Shown here: one piece after another, positions 8,004 to 19,178 of the stretch
Numbering within the stretch: position 1 is the first letter of the stretch
How the letters are laid out: each line of letters opens with the position of its first letter
Assembly (NCBI GenBank): GCA_016934475.1
Contig: JAFGST010000027.1
Coordinates: 1-57,787, forward strand
Direction: 5' to 3'
From: Candidatus Aminicenantes bacterium
GTDB lineage: Bacteria; Acidobacteriota; Aminicenantia; UBA2199
Length of the DNA stretch: 57,787 nucleotides
Translations under genes and position numbers: made by a program
Notes under the pieces: model-generated
What the model saw: the letters and a program-made list of their open reading frames with translations, nothing else
The model's database searches: none
What the model was told of the DNA's origin: nothing

Positions 8004-9341
8004 ATGAGCAAGAAAGTGATTGTTCTGGCTGACAATAGCTATACAATCCGCCGGATTGTTGAACTGTCCTTCTCTGAAATCGAGAATATAGAGGTCCGTA
8101 GTTTTGAGAGCGGGGCCGGGATCAAGGAAAAGCTGCTGCAGTTGAATCCCTCCGTGGTGATCGTGGACATCAAGCTGCCGGAGTTCAACGGCTACGACGT
8201 GTGCCGCTACATGAACGAAACTCCGCCCCTGAGCCGCAGCCGGGTTTTCTTGATGAAAGGCAGCTTCGAGCCGGTCGACAACGAAATGATCAAGAACCTC
8301 AAGTATGAGGACATCATAACCAAGCCCTTCGATTCCAATGCCCTGGTCAACTCCGTCATGAAGGCCCTCAGCCAGGAAAAACCGGAAGCCGCCGCCGACC
8401 TCGAAGGCGAGGGGCCCAGTTCCTTTCCGGAGGAATTTCCCGAGATTGAACCCGAGAGCGCGGAAACCGAAGACATCAGCTTCTCCGATATCCGCAGCGC
8501 GATGCAGTCTCCTCCGGTCCCCGGGCGTCCGGGCGCCGGAACCCAGTCCGTGGAACGCGACGAGATCCAGCCCTCCGAGGAAATCACCCAGGGGGCCCAG
8601 ATGCCCAAGGACAATCTCATGCCCCAGGAAGCCGAGGAGCCGTTCAAGAACCCGTTCGAGGAGGAGCCGTCCTTTGAAGAGATCAGCGTGGCGTCGGCCT
8701 CGACCCCACGGCCCACCTCGCTCGAATACGAGCAGGAACCGCCGAGGGAGCCCCGTGGCGCCGCCGAACCGCGGGATGCGTCCGACGAATTCCACGAGCG
8801 CTTTATCGAAATGGCCAGCGAGGACACTTCCGAGGACATCGTCGAGTCCCCGCTGGACGTTGCACCCGCGGGCGGGAAAGAAGAGCCAACGGTTGCCGAA
8901 GGTCAGAAGCAGGGCCCGCCGCCGGCCACCGAGGAGAAGCTTTCGCTGGAATTCGAGACGACCGACATGGGGAGTCCGGCGCAGACCATGGTCGCCGGCC
9001 CCGCGGTCATGGCTCCCGGCAAGATGCCCCCCAAGGGCAAGGGGCTCGGGTCCCTGGAAGAGATGGGCCTCGACAAGGAACGCACCGGAGAGAAGCACCG
9101 CTCGGAAACGCTCTCCCCCCAGGAAGAACTGGCCCGGCTGGCCGGAGCCCCCAAAAAAGAGGCCAAGGCCGAGCCGGCTCCCGTACCGGAAGAGAGATTC
9201 GCGATGAACGGCAGGCTGGAAGAGAAGCTGGGCTTGACCATCAAGGAATTGCTTTGGGAGATCGTTCCCCCCCTGGCCGAGAAGATCATCAAGGAAGAGA
9301 TAGACAAGATCAAGTCCGAAATGAACGACGGCGGCCTGTAG
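8004..9341 (+). CDS. Response regulator (CheY-like receiver) with about 300-aa acidic/Pro-rich low-complexity region and short conserved-looking C-terminal helix
   Basis: 445-aa ORF with aggagg SD. The receiver has VIVLADNS, VVIVDIKLPEFNGYD and ITKPF. The rest is E/P/A-rich, ending in LLWEIVPPLAEKIIKEEIDKIKSEM. Confidence 0.75.
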   Translation: MSKKVIVLADNSYTIRRIVELSFSEIENIEVRSFESGAGIKEKLLQLNPSVVIVDIKLPEFNGYDVCRYMNETPPLSRSRVFLMKGSFEPVDNEMIKNLKYEDIITKPFDSNALVNSVMKALSQEKPEAAADLEGEGPSSFPEEFPEIEPESAETEDISFSDIRSAMQSPPVPGRPGAGTQSVERDEIQPSEEITQGAQMPKDNLMPQEAEEPFKNPFEEEPSFEEISVASASTPRPTSLEYEQEPPREPRGAAEPRDASDEFHERFIEMASEDTSEDIVESPLDVAPAGGKEEPTVAEGQKQGPPPATEEKLSLEFETTDMGSPAQTMVAGPAVMAPGKMPPKGKGLGSLEEMGLDKERTGEKHRSETLSPQEELARLAGAPKKEAKAEPAPVPEERFAMNGRLEEKLGLTIKELLWEIVPPLAEKIIKEEIDKIKSEMNDGGL

Positions 9342-9368
9342 TTCTTTTACGACTCCAACGAATCGGGA

Positions 9369-11970
<2,602 letters not shown>

Positions 11971-11987
<17 letters not shown>

Positions 11988-12732
11988 GCGCTTCGGCGCC
12001 ATCCATCTCGCGCGCTGCCGGTCGACCAGCGATTACCTCAAGGCGCTCCTGCCGCGCCGCCAAGGGGATCTGCCGCTCATGGTCTGCGCCGACGCCCAGC
12101 TCGGAGGCCGCGGCCGTGACGGCCGCGCCTGGTTCTCCCCGCCGGGCCTGGGCCTGTACGCCACCTTCGCCTTCGCCCTGGGTGAACGGCGGGCGCTGCA
12201 TCTGCTGTCGATCGCTTCCGGGGTCGCCGTGGCCGAGGCGCTCGCCGCCTGGACCGGCGAGGCTTTTTCCTTGAAATGGCCGAACGACGTCGTTGCCGTC
12301 GGCCGGAAGATCGCCGGAATCCTCTGCGAGACGATGATCGCTGCCGATACGGTTACCTGCCTGGTCGGCGTCGGGATCAACGCCAACCACGTCGAGGGGG
12401 ACTTCCCTCCGGAGCTGCGCGCCCGGGCCGGCTCGCTGCGCATGCTGACCGGACGGGAGTGGCCTCTGGCCGACGGCCTTTCGATGCTGGCGGCCGGCAT
12501 GGACGCCGGGCTGCGTCGTCTGGAGGCCGGACGCACGGCCGCCATTCTCCGCCGGGCCCGGCGCCTGAGTCGCCCGTTCCTGGGCAGGGAGATCGCCTTC
12601 CATCACCGGGGGAGCATGTGGCGGGGGAGGTTCCTCGGCCTGGCCGTAGACGGCGGATTGCTGCTGGAGGTGGACGGAAGGAAGGAAAAAATCTTCTACA
12701 GCGGGGAAATGATCGCCGACGGACCGGCCTGA
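11971..12732 (+). CDS. birA: Biotin--[acetyl-CoA-carboxylase] ligase (catalytic-only type, no N-terminal HTH)
   Basis: 253-aa ORF (TTG start in the track, overlapping the valS end by 17 nt). Motifs are GRGRDGRAWFSPPG and KWPNDV. The start codon is uncertain. Confidence 0.8.
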
Positions 12733-12745
12733 TCGCCGCGGGGGG

Positions 12746-13504
12746 TCAGACCTTGAAGACGATGTTCAGATGGCAGAGGGTGATCTCGTCCTCCGCGTGC
12801 AGCTCGTGCTTGACTCCGGTCTGCAGCTTGTTCCCGTTCAGGAACGTGCCGTTGATGGCGCCGGGCTCCTCGGACAAGTAGAATTTGCCGTCCTTGTACT
12901 GGATCTTGGCGTGCTTGCGCGAGATGTATTTTTCCTCGTCCTCGTCGGTCAGGTCGATGTCGGGGACGAAGCCGGTGGTATAGTCGCGCCGGCCCAGGAA
13001 GGTCTGGGTCTTGGTCAGCTGCACCAGGCGGTTCGAGCGCTGGATGATCAGGTAGGCCTTGACCTCACCGCCGATCTTCTCCGACGTCGCGTCCTCCTTC
13101 TTCGTCTCCCCGCCACCCGCCTTCGGCTTCGCTCCCTGGCGGGATTCGGCCATCTCCATCAACACGGTCTGGATCCGGATATGCTTCTCGCTCAGTTTCT
13201 TCAGGATCTTCAGCGCGATGTCCGGCGTTTGCTTGAGCATCTCGGTCAGGGCGACGTAGGGAATCTTGATCAAAAAGGAATCCTCGATGACCTCGACCGT
13301 ATAGATCGCGTTCTGCTCGTTGTTCAGGGATTCCTCGCCGAAGAAGTCACCCTTGGCGAGCGTGACCAGGATGCGGTCATGGCCGTCGTTCTTCAGCTGG
13401 ACCTTGCCCTTGTTGATGATGAAAAAATCGGTCTGGATGTCGCCTTTCTTGTAGATGACGTCCCCGGCGGAGTATTTGCTGATGAACTTCTTCAATGCGT
13501 CCAT
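12746..13504 (-). CDS. Cyclic-nucleotide-binding domain + FHA domain fusion protein
   Basis: 252-aa ORF. The N-terminal cNMP-binding fold has FFIINKGKV and GDFFGEESL. The C-terminal FHA has FLGRRD, ISRKHAKI, INGTFLNGNKL and ITLC. Confidence 0.8.
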   Translation of the reverse strand: MDALKKFISKYSAGDVIYKKGDIQTDFFIINKGKVQLKNDGHDRILVTLAKGDFFGEESLNNEQNAIYTVEVIEDSFLIKIPYVALTEMLKQTPDIALKILKKLSEKHIRIQTVLMEMAESRQGAKPKAGGGETKKEDATSEKIGGEVKAYLIIQRSNRLVQLTKTQTFLGRRDYTTGFVPDIDLTDEDEEKYISRKHAKIQYKDGKFYLSEEPGAINGTFLNGNKLQTGVKHELHAEDEITLCHLNIVFKV

Positions 13505-13522
13505 AGCTGGCTGCTGGGTAAA

Positions 13523-13551
13523 ATTCTATAGAAGATAATTCCCTTTGTCAA
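13523..13551 (-). promoter_or_regulatory. Sigma70-like promoter for the cNMP/FHA gene
   Basis: On the minus strand, TTGACA (13551-13546), a 17-nt spacer, then TAGAAT (13528-13523), about 20 nt upstream of the ATG at 13504. Confidence 0.45.
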
Positions 13552-13632
13552 TTTATTTACCGCGATTATTTTCTTTCCCCTTTCCCCGGCCGAGAAGCAG
13601 CCCGATCGGCGGAGCTATCGCCGTCCGGCTCC

Positions 13633-15714
13633 TTAGACCCCGTTGCACTTCGACCAGCCGCAGTTGGCGCAGGTGGGGCACTTTTCGTCGCTGACGCTGC
13701 TGCCGCAGACGGGACAATGGAGGGCGTGGATGTCCTGGTGCCGGGAATGGACCGGGCCGATGTGCGTTTCCAGGACCTTGGCGATGGCGTCGGGGATGGA
13801 CTGGATCAATTGCCCGTGGCTGAAGATCGGTTCGGCGCCGCCGATGCCCTTGAGCTGGTTGACCACTTCCTCGGTCGATATGCCGCTGCGCAGGGCCAGG
13901 GAAATGAGCCGCCCGATGGCCTCGGCGTCGGCCATGGTCGAGTAGCCGCTCTTGCCGATGGAGGCGAAGACCTCGAACGGCTTGTCGTTGAAATACGAGA
14001 CCGTGATGTAGAGATTGCCCAGCCCGGTGGAGATCTTGTGCGTGGTGGAGGGGATGGCGTCGGGACGGCCCATGGGCTTCGGCTTTTCCGCCCCGGCCTT
14101 GTTCAGGACCTGCACCGCCCGGCAGCCGTCGCGGTACACGGTGATGCCTTTGATGTTCATGCCGAAGGCCTGCATATAGGCCGAGGCGATGTCCTCACGC
14201 GTCGCCGCGTTGGGAAAGTTGATGGTCTTGGAAACGGCGCTGTCCACGTGCTCCTGGAAGACGGCCTGCATCTTCAGGTGATCGAGCGGAGGGATCTCCT
14301 GGGCGGTGATGAAGTGGGCGGGCGGTTTTTCACCGGGATGCTTTTCCTGCCACTCCCTGTAGAGCGGGTGAATATCGACGATCTCGCTGTCCAGGATCTT
14401 CGAGATCACCTGGAAGGCGAAGATGGGCTCGATGCTGGAGGAGCAGCCGGCGATGCGCGAGATGGTCCCGGTCGGGGCGATAGTCAAAACCGCGGCGTTG
14501 CGCATCTTTTGGCCCTTGTAGATCGATTGGTCGATGTTGGGAAAGCTGCCCCGCGCTTCGGCAAGCTGGCGCGAGGCCGTGAGCGCCTCCTCTTTCAGGA
14601 AGGAGACGATCTTGGCGCCCAAGGCCCGGGCTTCCTCGGTGTTGTAGGCGATTCCCCGCCGGATCAGCAGGTCGGCGAAGCCCATGACCCCGAGCCCGAT
14701 GCGGCGGTTGGCCTTGGCCATGCGGTCGATCTTCTCGAGGGGGTACAGGTTGACGTCGATAACGTCGTCCAGGAAGCGGATGCCCAGCTGGATGATCTGG
14801 CGGAAGCGGGGCCAATCCACCCCGTCCGGGGCTTTCGCGTCGAAAAGGTTCAGCAGGTTGATCGAGCCGAGATTGCAGGCCTCGTAGTCGTGCAGGGGCT
14901 GCTCGCCGCAGGGATTGGTGGCTCGGATCGGGCCCTGGGCGGCGGTAGGATTCAGGCGGTTGACCTTGTCGATGAAGATCAGGCCGGGATCGCCGTTGGT
15001 CCAAGCCGAATCGACGATCAGGTCGAACACCTCCCTGGAGCTGGCCCGGCCGGCCACGGAGCCGTCCATGGGATTGACCAGGTCGTAGGAAGCCTGCTTC
15101 TCGAGGGCTTGGATGAAGGCGTCGGTGACGGCCACCGAGATGTTGAAATTCTGGGCCGTGACGCCGTCGCGCTTCATGGTGATGAAATGCCGGATGTCGG
15201 GATGGTCGATTCGCAGCACGCCCATGTTGGCGCCGCGGCGCGTCCCGCCCTGTTTGACCGCCTCGGTGCCGGCGTCGATCACCCTCAGGAAGGAGACCGG
15301 GCCCGAGGCGATGCCCTGGGTCTTGCGCACGAAGCTGCCCGCCGGCCGGATGCGGGAGAAATCGAAGCCGGTGCCTCCTCCTTCCTTGTGGACCAGGGCG
15401 GCGTTCTTCACGGTCTCGAAAATGCCGTCCAGCGAATCCTCGATGGGCAGGACGAAGCAGGCGGACAGGCACATCTGCCTGTCGGCGCCGGTCAAGGTCG
15501 GCGAGTTGGGCATGAAGTCCTTGCGCATCATGGCCTGGAAGAATTCCTCCTGCCAGAATTTCTTGTCGGTCTCGTTCTTCTCGGCCTTGGCGACGAAGCG
15601 GGCGACACGGCCGAAAAGTTCCGAAGGCTTGCTTTCCAGCAGCTTGCCTTTTTCGTCTTTTTTGAAATAACGGACTTTCAGGATTTTCAGCGCATTTTCG
15701 GAAAAATTCTCCAT
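13633..15714 (-). CDS. nrdJ: Adenosylcobalamin-dependent (class II) ribonucleotide reductase with C-terminal Cys4 zinc-ribbon tail
   Basis: 693-aa ORF. It begins with the class II RNR pattern (ENALKILKVRYF) and has the active-site region NPCGEQPL. The C-terminus is CPVCGS...CPTCANCGWSKC. Confidence 0.9.
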   Translation of the reverse strand: MENFSENALKILKVRYFKKDEKGKLLESKPSELFGRVARFVAKAEKNETDKKFWQEEFFQAMMRKDFMPNSPTLTGADRQMCLSACFVLPIEDSLDGIFETVKNAALVHKEGGGTGFDFSRIRPAGSFVRKTQGIASGPVSFLRVIDAGTEAVKQGGTRRGANMGVLRIDHPDIRHFITMKRDGVTAQNFNISVAVTDAFIQALEKQASYDLVNPMDGSVAGRASSREVFDLIVDSAWTNGDPGLIFIDKVNRLNPTAAQGPIRATNPCGEQPLHDYEACNLGSINLLNLFDAKAPDGVDWPRFRQIIQLGIRFLDDVIDVNLYPLEKIDRMAKANRRIGLGVMGFADLLIRRGIAYNTEEARALGAKIVSFLKEEALTASRQLAEARGSFPNIDQSIYKGQKMRNAAVLTIAPTGTISRIAGCSSSIEPIFAFQVISKILDSEIVDIHPLYREWQEKHPGEKPPAHFITAQEIPPLDHLKMQAVFQEHVDSAVSKTINFPNAATREDIASAYMQAFGMNIKGITVYRDGCRAVQVLNKAGAEKPKPMGRPDAIPSTTHKISTGLGNLYITVSYFNDKPFEVFASIGKSGYSTMADAEAIGRLISLALRSGISTEEVVNQLKGIGGAEPIFSHGQLIQSIPDAIAKVLETHIGPVHSRHQDIHALHCPVCGSSVSDEKCPTCANCGWSKCNGV

Positions 15715-15751
15715 CGATCTCTCCTTGAGGCATAAATCTAGTTGATGCTCG

Positions 15752-15780
15752 ATTATAAAGCGCTAAATATAGTGTGTCAA
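15752..15780 (-). promoter_or_regulatory. Consensus sigma70 promoter for nrdJ, spacer contains an NrdR-box-like half palindrome
   Basis: On the minus strand, TTGACA (15780-15775), a 17-nt spacer cactatatttagcgctt, then TATAAT (15757-15752). The spacer contains ACACACTATAT, resembling half of an NrdR box. Confidence 0.5.
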
Positions 15781-15813
15781 GATGGTTTTCGCATTTTTTT
15801 TTTTTGAAATTTC

Positions 15814-15842
15814 TTGACAAGCGATATTTATATATATTATTA
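15814..15842 (+). promoter_or_regulatory. Pmra-like promoter of the dcw cluster with upstream T12 tract
   Basis: TTGACA (15814-15819) is followed by an AT-only block with TATTAT/TTATTA candidates at 15835-15842. A T12 run at 15794-15805 sits in UP-element position. Confidence 0.45.
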
Positions 15843-15844
15843 TG

Positions 15845-15869
15845 TGGGAAAAAATGGGACAAAATGGGA
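15845..15869 (+). promoter_or_regulatory. Putative MraZ operator: three TGGGA direct repeats at exact 10-bp phasing
   Basis: TGGGA occurs at 15845-15849, 15855-15859 and 15865-15869, immediately downstream of the promoter. This matches the known MraZ-box organisation of TGGGN repeats with 5-nt spacers. Confidence 0.55.
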
Positions 15870-16345
15870 TGATTGAATGTTTCAGGGGTAGTTATATCGC
15901 CAAGGTTGATGACCGGGGGCGCATCAAGATACCGGCCAAGTATCTTTCCATCCTGGAGGGCGGATTTGGCCCTGAGGTCTATTTGACCTCGGTCAACGGC
16001 GACCATGTCCTGCTCTACCCCATGAAGACCTGGCAGGGCATCGAGAAGAAAATCGCCTCCATGCCCATGCGTGATCCCGACATGGAGGAATTCGTCAGCC
16101 GCGTCAGCTATTGGGGAACGGAAACCGAGATCGACTCCAAGGGCCGCATCCTGGTGCCCCCCGACCTGAGGACGGCCAGCAGGCTGGAAAACAGCCTGCT
16201 GATCCTGGGCAAGATCGACTACCTGGTGATCTGGAACAAGCCGCTGTTCGAGGAGCGCTTCATGAGCGGGCAGTTCGACGACGGCAAGATGCACAAGGTC
16301 TCGAGGTTGCTCAATGAATTTTCCCCACTACCCCGTAATGAGTAG
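15869..16345 (+). CDS. mraZ: Transcriptional regulator MraZ
   Basis: The track ORF starts at 15842. In-frame ATGs occur at 15842, 15854 and 15869. Homologues begin M-F-x-G, so MIECFRGSYIAKVDDRGRIKIPAKY (ATG 15869) fits best. A second SpoVT/AbrB-like half has SKGRILVPPDLR. Confidence 0.85.
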   Translation: MIECFRGSYIAKVDDRGRIKIPAKYLSILEGGFGPEVYLTSVNGDHVLLYPMKTWQGIEKKIASMPMRDPDMEEFVSRVSYWGTETEIDSKGRILVPPDLRTASRLENSLLILGKIDYLVIWNKPLFEERFMSGQFDDGKMHKVSRLLNEFSPLPRNE

Positions 16346-17198
16346 GGAGGTGCTCGATATCTTCGCCGGCACCCGCAAAAGGCTTTTTGTCGATTGCACG
16401 CTAGGCATGGGCGGCCACTGCCGCCTTATTCTTTTCGCGTTCAGCGGGGCGCGGGTGATCGCCATCGACCAGGACGGGCAAAGTCTCGCGCGGGCCAGGG
16501 AAAACCTGCGCGAGTTCGGCCGGAGGATTCGCTTCCATCAGGGCGACTTCCTTTCCCTCTTCGACGATTTCGACTGCGAACACCCGCCTGTTTCCGGCAT
16601 CTTGGTCGACCCGGGGATCTCGACGGCGCAGCTGAAGGATCCCCGGCGTGGCTTTTCCCACAGCGTGGACGGTCCGCTGGACATGCGCAAGGATTCGGGG
16701 AGCGGACCGACCGCCGCCGAAGTGCTCAACTCCCTCTCCGAGGATGAGCTGGCCGATCTCTTTTCGCGCTACGGTGAGGTGGCCTCCTCCCGACGCCTGG
16801 CCAAGGCCATCATCGAAAAAAGGCTGTTTTCTCCATGGAAATCCACGGTGCAGCTGCGGCGGCTCATCGAGGAGCTCTTCGGCTGGCGGCCGCGCCCCGG
16901 GCGGGTGCATCCGGCCGCCCAGGTCTTCCAGGCCCTGCGCATCTTCGTCAACCGCGAGCTCGAGGGCCTCGAGGCCTGGCTGGAGAGGCTCCCGTCCTCC
17001 CTTCCCTCGGGATGCCGCGTGGTCTTCCTCACCTACCATTCCCTCGAGGACCGGGTGGTTAAGAGGATGTTCCGCCAGCTGCAGCGCCAGGGGCGGGCCG
17101 CGTTGCTGCCGCCTTTTCCCGCCCGGCCTCGCGGCGACGAGATCGAGGAGAACCTCGCCTCGCGCTCGGCGAAGCTGCGGGCCCTGGAAGTGGCATGA
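16314..17198 (+). CDS. rsmH: 16S rRNA (cytosine1402-N4)-methyltransferase
   Basis: 294-aa ORF with HYPVMSREVL, DCTLGMGGH, DPGISTAQL, RFH (IRFHQGDF; no RGFSF-type motif seen), HSLEDRVVK and KLRALE. Confidence 0.9.
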   Translation: MNFPHYPVMSREVLDIFAGTRKRLFVDCTLGMGGHCRLILFAFSGARVIAIDQDGQSLARARENLREFGRRIRFHQGDFLSLFDDFDCEHPPVSGILVDPGISTAQLKDPRRGFSHSVDGPLDMRKDSGSGPTAAEVLNSLSEDELADLFSRYGEVASSRRLAKAIIEKRLFSPWKSTVQLRRLIEELFGWRPRPGRVHPAAQVFQALRIFVNRELEGLEAWLERLPSSLPSGCRVVFLTYHSLEDRVVKRMFRQLQRQGRAALLPPFPARPRGDEIEENLASRSAKLRALEVA

Positions 17199-17497
17199 GG
17201 AGGGGGAAGTTGGAGAAACGGAACGACCGGCGCCTGGCCGTCCTGGCTTTCTTCATTTTTCTCGTCCTGTTCATTTATTCCAGCTTGAACCTCAAGAACG
17301 TCGACCTGGGCTACCGCCTGCACGAGTTGCTGCTGGCGGAGCAGGAGTTGCGCCTGGAGATCGATTCCCTGCGGGCGCGCAAGGCGGAATGGCTCAACAT
17401 CGAGCGCATGGAGCGGATCGTCATTGGGGAACTGGGTTACCAGTATCCCGCCGCAGGACAGATCATCAAGGTGGTTGAGAATGGCCGTGAGCGCTGA
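17195..17497 (+). CDS. ftsL: Cell division protein FtsL-like (single TM + coiled coil)
   Basis: 100-aa ORF in the canonical position between rsmH and ftsI. It has a TM (LAVLAFFIFLVLFIYSSL) followed by a heptad-rich segment, and an ATGA overlap with rsmH. Confidence 0.7.
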   Translation: MRRGKLEKRNDRRLAVLAFFIFLVLFIYSSLNLKNVDLGYRLHELLLAEQELRLEIDSLRARKAEWLNIERMERIVIGELGYQYPAAGQIIKVVENGRER

Positions 17498-19178
17498 CCG
17501 CCGCCGAAGGAGGAGGCTTTTCTTCCTCTCCCTGATGCTGCTCGCCTGGATTGCCATGATCGCCTTCCGGCTGTTCGACATGCAGGTACTGCGCTACACG
17601 GCCTTCATGGCCAAGGTCAAGGCCCAGACCAGCCGCGTCGAGGATCTCCATTCCAAGCGCGGGACCATCACCGACCGCAACGGGGAGGTGCTGGCGATTT
17701 CGCTGCAGTCCAAGTCGGCCTTCATCAGCAACAAGGACAGCCAACTCTCCCTCGGGGTCCTGAAGGAATTCTGCCTCCGGGTGCCGCTCTCCGGCGCGCA
17801 GAAGGCCAACGTCGCCCGCCGCATCCGCCGCGGCGAAAAATTCATCTGGGTCAAGCGCAAGCTGACCGACGACGAGTACGCGAAGGTGGAGCCCTTGGCG
17901 CGAAGCGCCGCCATGGCCGGAGCCCTCGACTTCCTCGACGAATACCGGCGCGTGTACCCGCAGAAAAACATCGCCTCCCACATCCTCGGCGGCGTGGGCA
18001 TCGACGAACAGGCGCTGGGTGGGATCGAGACCAGCTTGGACGGGGAGATCCAGGGGCGCGGCGGCAGGCTGAAGGTCTTGATCGATGCCCGGCGGAAGAT
18101 CTTCGAGGTCAAGTACCTGGAGCAGCCGGTGCCGGGCCGCGACATCCATCTCAGCATCGATGCGGCCTTGCAGTTCCTCGTCGAGCGGGAGCTCGCCGCC
18201 GCCGTGGAGCGGCACCGGGCCTCCGGCGGGGCGGTCATCGTCATGGAAAGCCGCAGCGGCCAGGTCCTGGCCATGGCCAGCTACCCCGATTATTTTCCGG
18301 AGAGGATTTGGAAGATCCCGCCCGCGGTATTGAAAAACAAGGCGATCTCCTTTCTCTACGATCCCGGCTCGACCTTCAAGATCGTCCTCGCGGCATCGGC
18401 GCTGGAGAACGGGGCGTACCATCCGCGGGAAACCTTCGATTGCCACAACGGCGTCTACTTCCTCTTTGACCGGCAGATCACCGATGTCCACCCCTTTGAC
18501 CGTCTCCGCTTCGACGACGTCATCATCCAATCGAGCAACATCGGCGCCGCCCAGATCGGGCAGAGGCTGGGAGGTGACAAGTACTACCGCACCATCCGTG
18601 CTTTCGGCTTCGGCTGCCGCACCGGCATTCGCCTGCCGGCCGAGGAGAACGGCATCGTCCATCCCCCTGGGAAATGGAGCGGGGTGTCCCTGGCTTTCCT
18701 TTCCTTCGGGTACGAAATCGCGGTGACGCCGCTACAGATGGCGGCGGCCTTCAATGTGCCCGCCGCCGGCGGTTTCCTCGTCCGGCCGGAGATCCTGCGC
18801 GATGCTCCCGCGGGCGGACTGCGCAAGCGGGTCATGTCCGCGCCCAGCCAGCGCCGGCTGACGCGCATCCTGACCGCCGTGGTTGACAGAGGGACGGGGA
18901 AAAAGGCCGCGATCGGCGGATTGGCCATCGCCGGCAAGACCGGCACGGCGCAAAAAATCAAGACGGGAAGGTACGCCGCGAGTCATATCGCGTCGTTCGG
19001 GGGCTTTTTCCCGGCCCAGGACCCGCAGGTGACGATATTCGTGATGATCGACGAGCCCCAGGGCCTGTACTTCGGGGGTGATGTGGCCGCCCCTCTGTTC
19101 AGGGCCATCGCCGAGAGGCTCATGCCCTACCTGCGCCTGTTCCCCGAGCTGCCGGCCCAGAACAAGATTTTCCTATGA
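17481..19178 (+). CDS. ftsI: Penicillin-binding protein, division transpeptidase (FtsI/PBP3 class)
   Basis: The track ORF begins at 17424. The in-frame ATG at 17481 (MAVSADRRRRRRLFF + TM) is the more plausible start. Motifs are STFK, SSN and KTGTA. Confidence 0.85.
   Translation: MAVSADRRRRRRLFFLSLMLLAWIAMIAFRLFDMQVLRYTAFMAKVKAQTSRVEDLHSKRGTITDRNGEVLAISLQSKSAFISNKDSQLSLGVLKEFCLRVPLSGAQKANVARRIRRGEKFIWVKRKLTDDEYAKVEPLARSAAMAGALDFLDEYRRVYPQKNIASHILGGVGIDEQALGGIETSLDGEIQGRGGRLKVLIDARRKIFEVKYLEQPVPGRDIHLSIDAALQFLVERELAAAVERHRASGGAVIVMESRSGQVLAMASYPDYFPERIWKIPPAVLKNKAISFLYDPGSTFKIVLAASALENGAYHPRETFDCHNGVYFLFDRQITDVHPFDRLRFDDVIIQSSNIGAAQIGQRLGGDKYYRTIRAFGFGCRTGIRLPAEENGIVHPPGKWSGVSLAFLSFGYEIAVTPLQMAAAFNVPAAGGFLVRPEILRDAPAGGLRKRVMSAPSQRRLTRILTAVVDRGTGKKAAIGGLAIAGKTGTAQKIKTGRYAASHIASFGGFFPAQDPQVTIFVMIDEPQGLYFGGDVAAPLFRAIAERLMPYLRLFPELPAQNKIFL

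Noticed and set aside
15715-15780. Cobalamin riboswitch upstream of nrdJ; ZTP or purine riboswitch upstream of purM (39214-39284); Moco/tungsten-cofactor riboswitch upstream of tupA (40305-40335).
   Set aside because: The leaders are too short (about 40, 70 and 30 nt). I could not find the conserved cores (B12 box, the ZTP CCGCCTGGGC pseudoknot element, Moco motif).
15794-15805. Homopolymer tracts (T12 at 15794-15805, A10 at 6420-6429) as phase-variation switches.
   Set aside because: Both are intergenic, lie outside promoter spacers and coding frames, and sit in positions typical of UP-element or AT-rich upstream DNA. No contingency-gene context is present.
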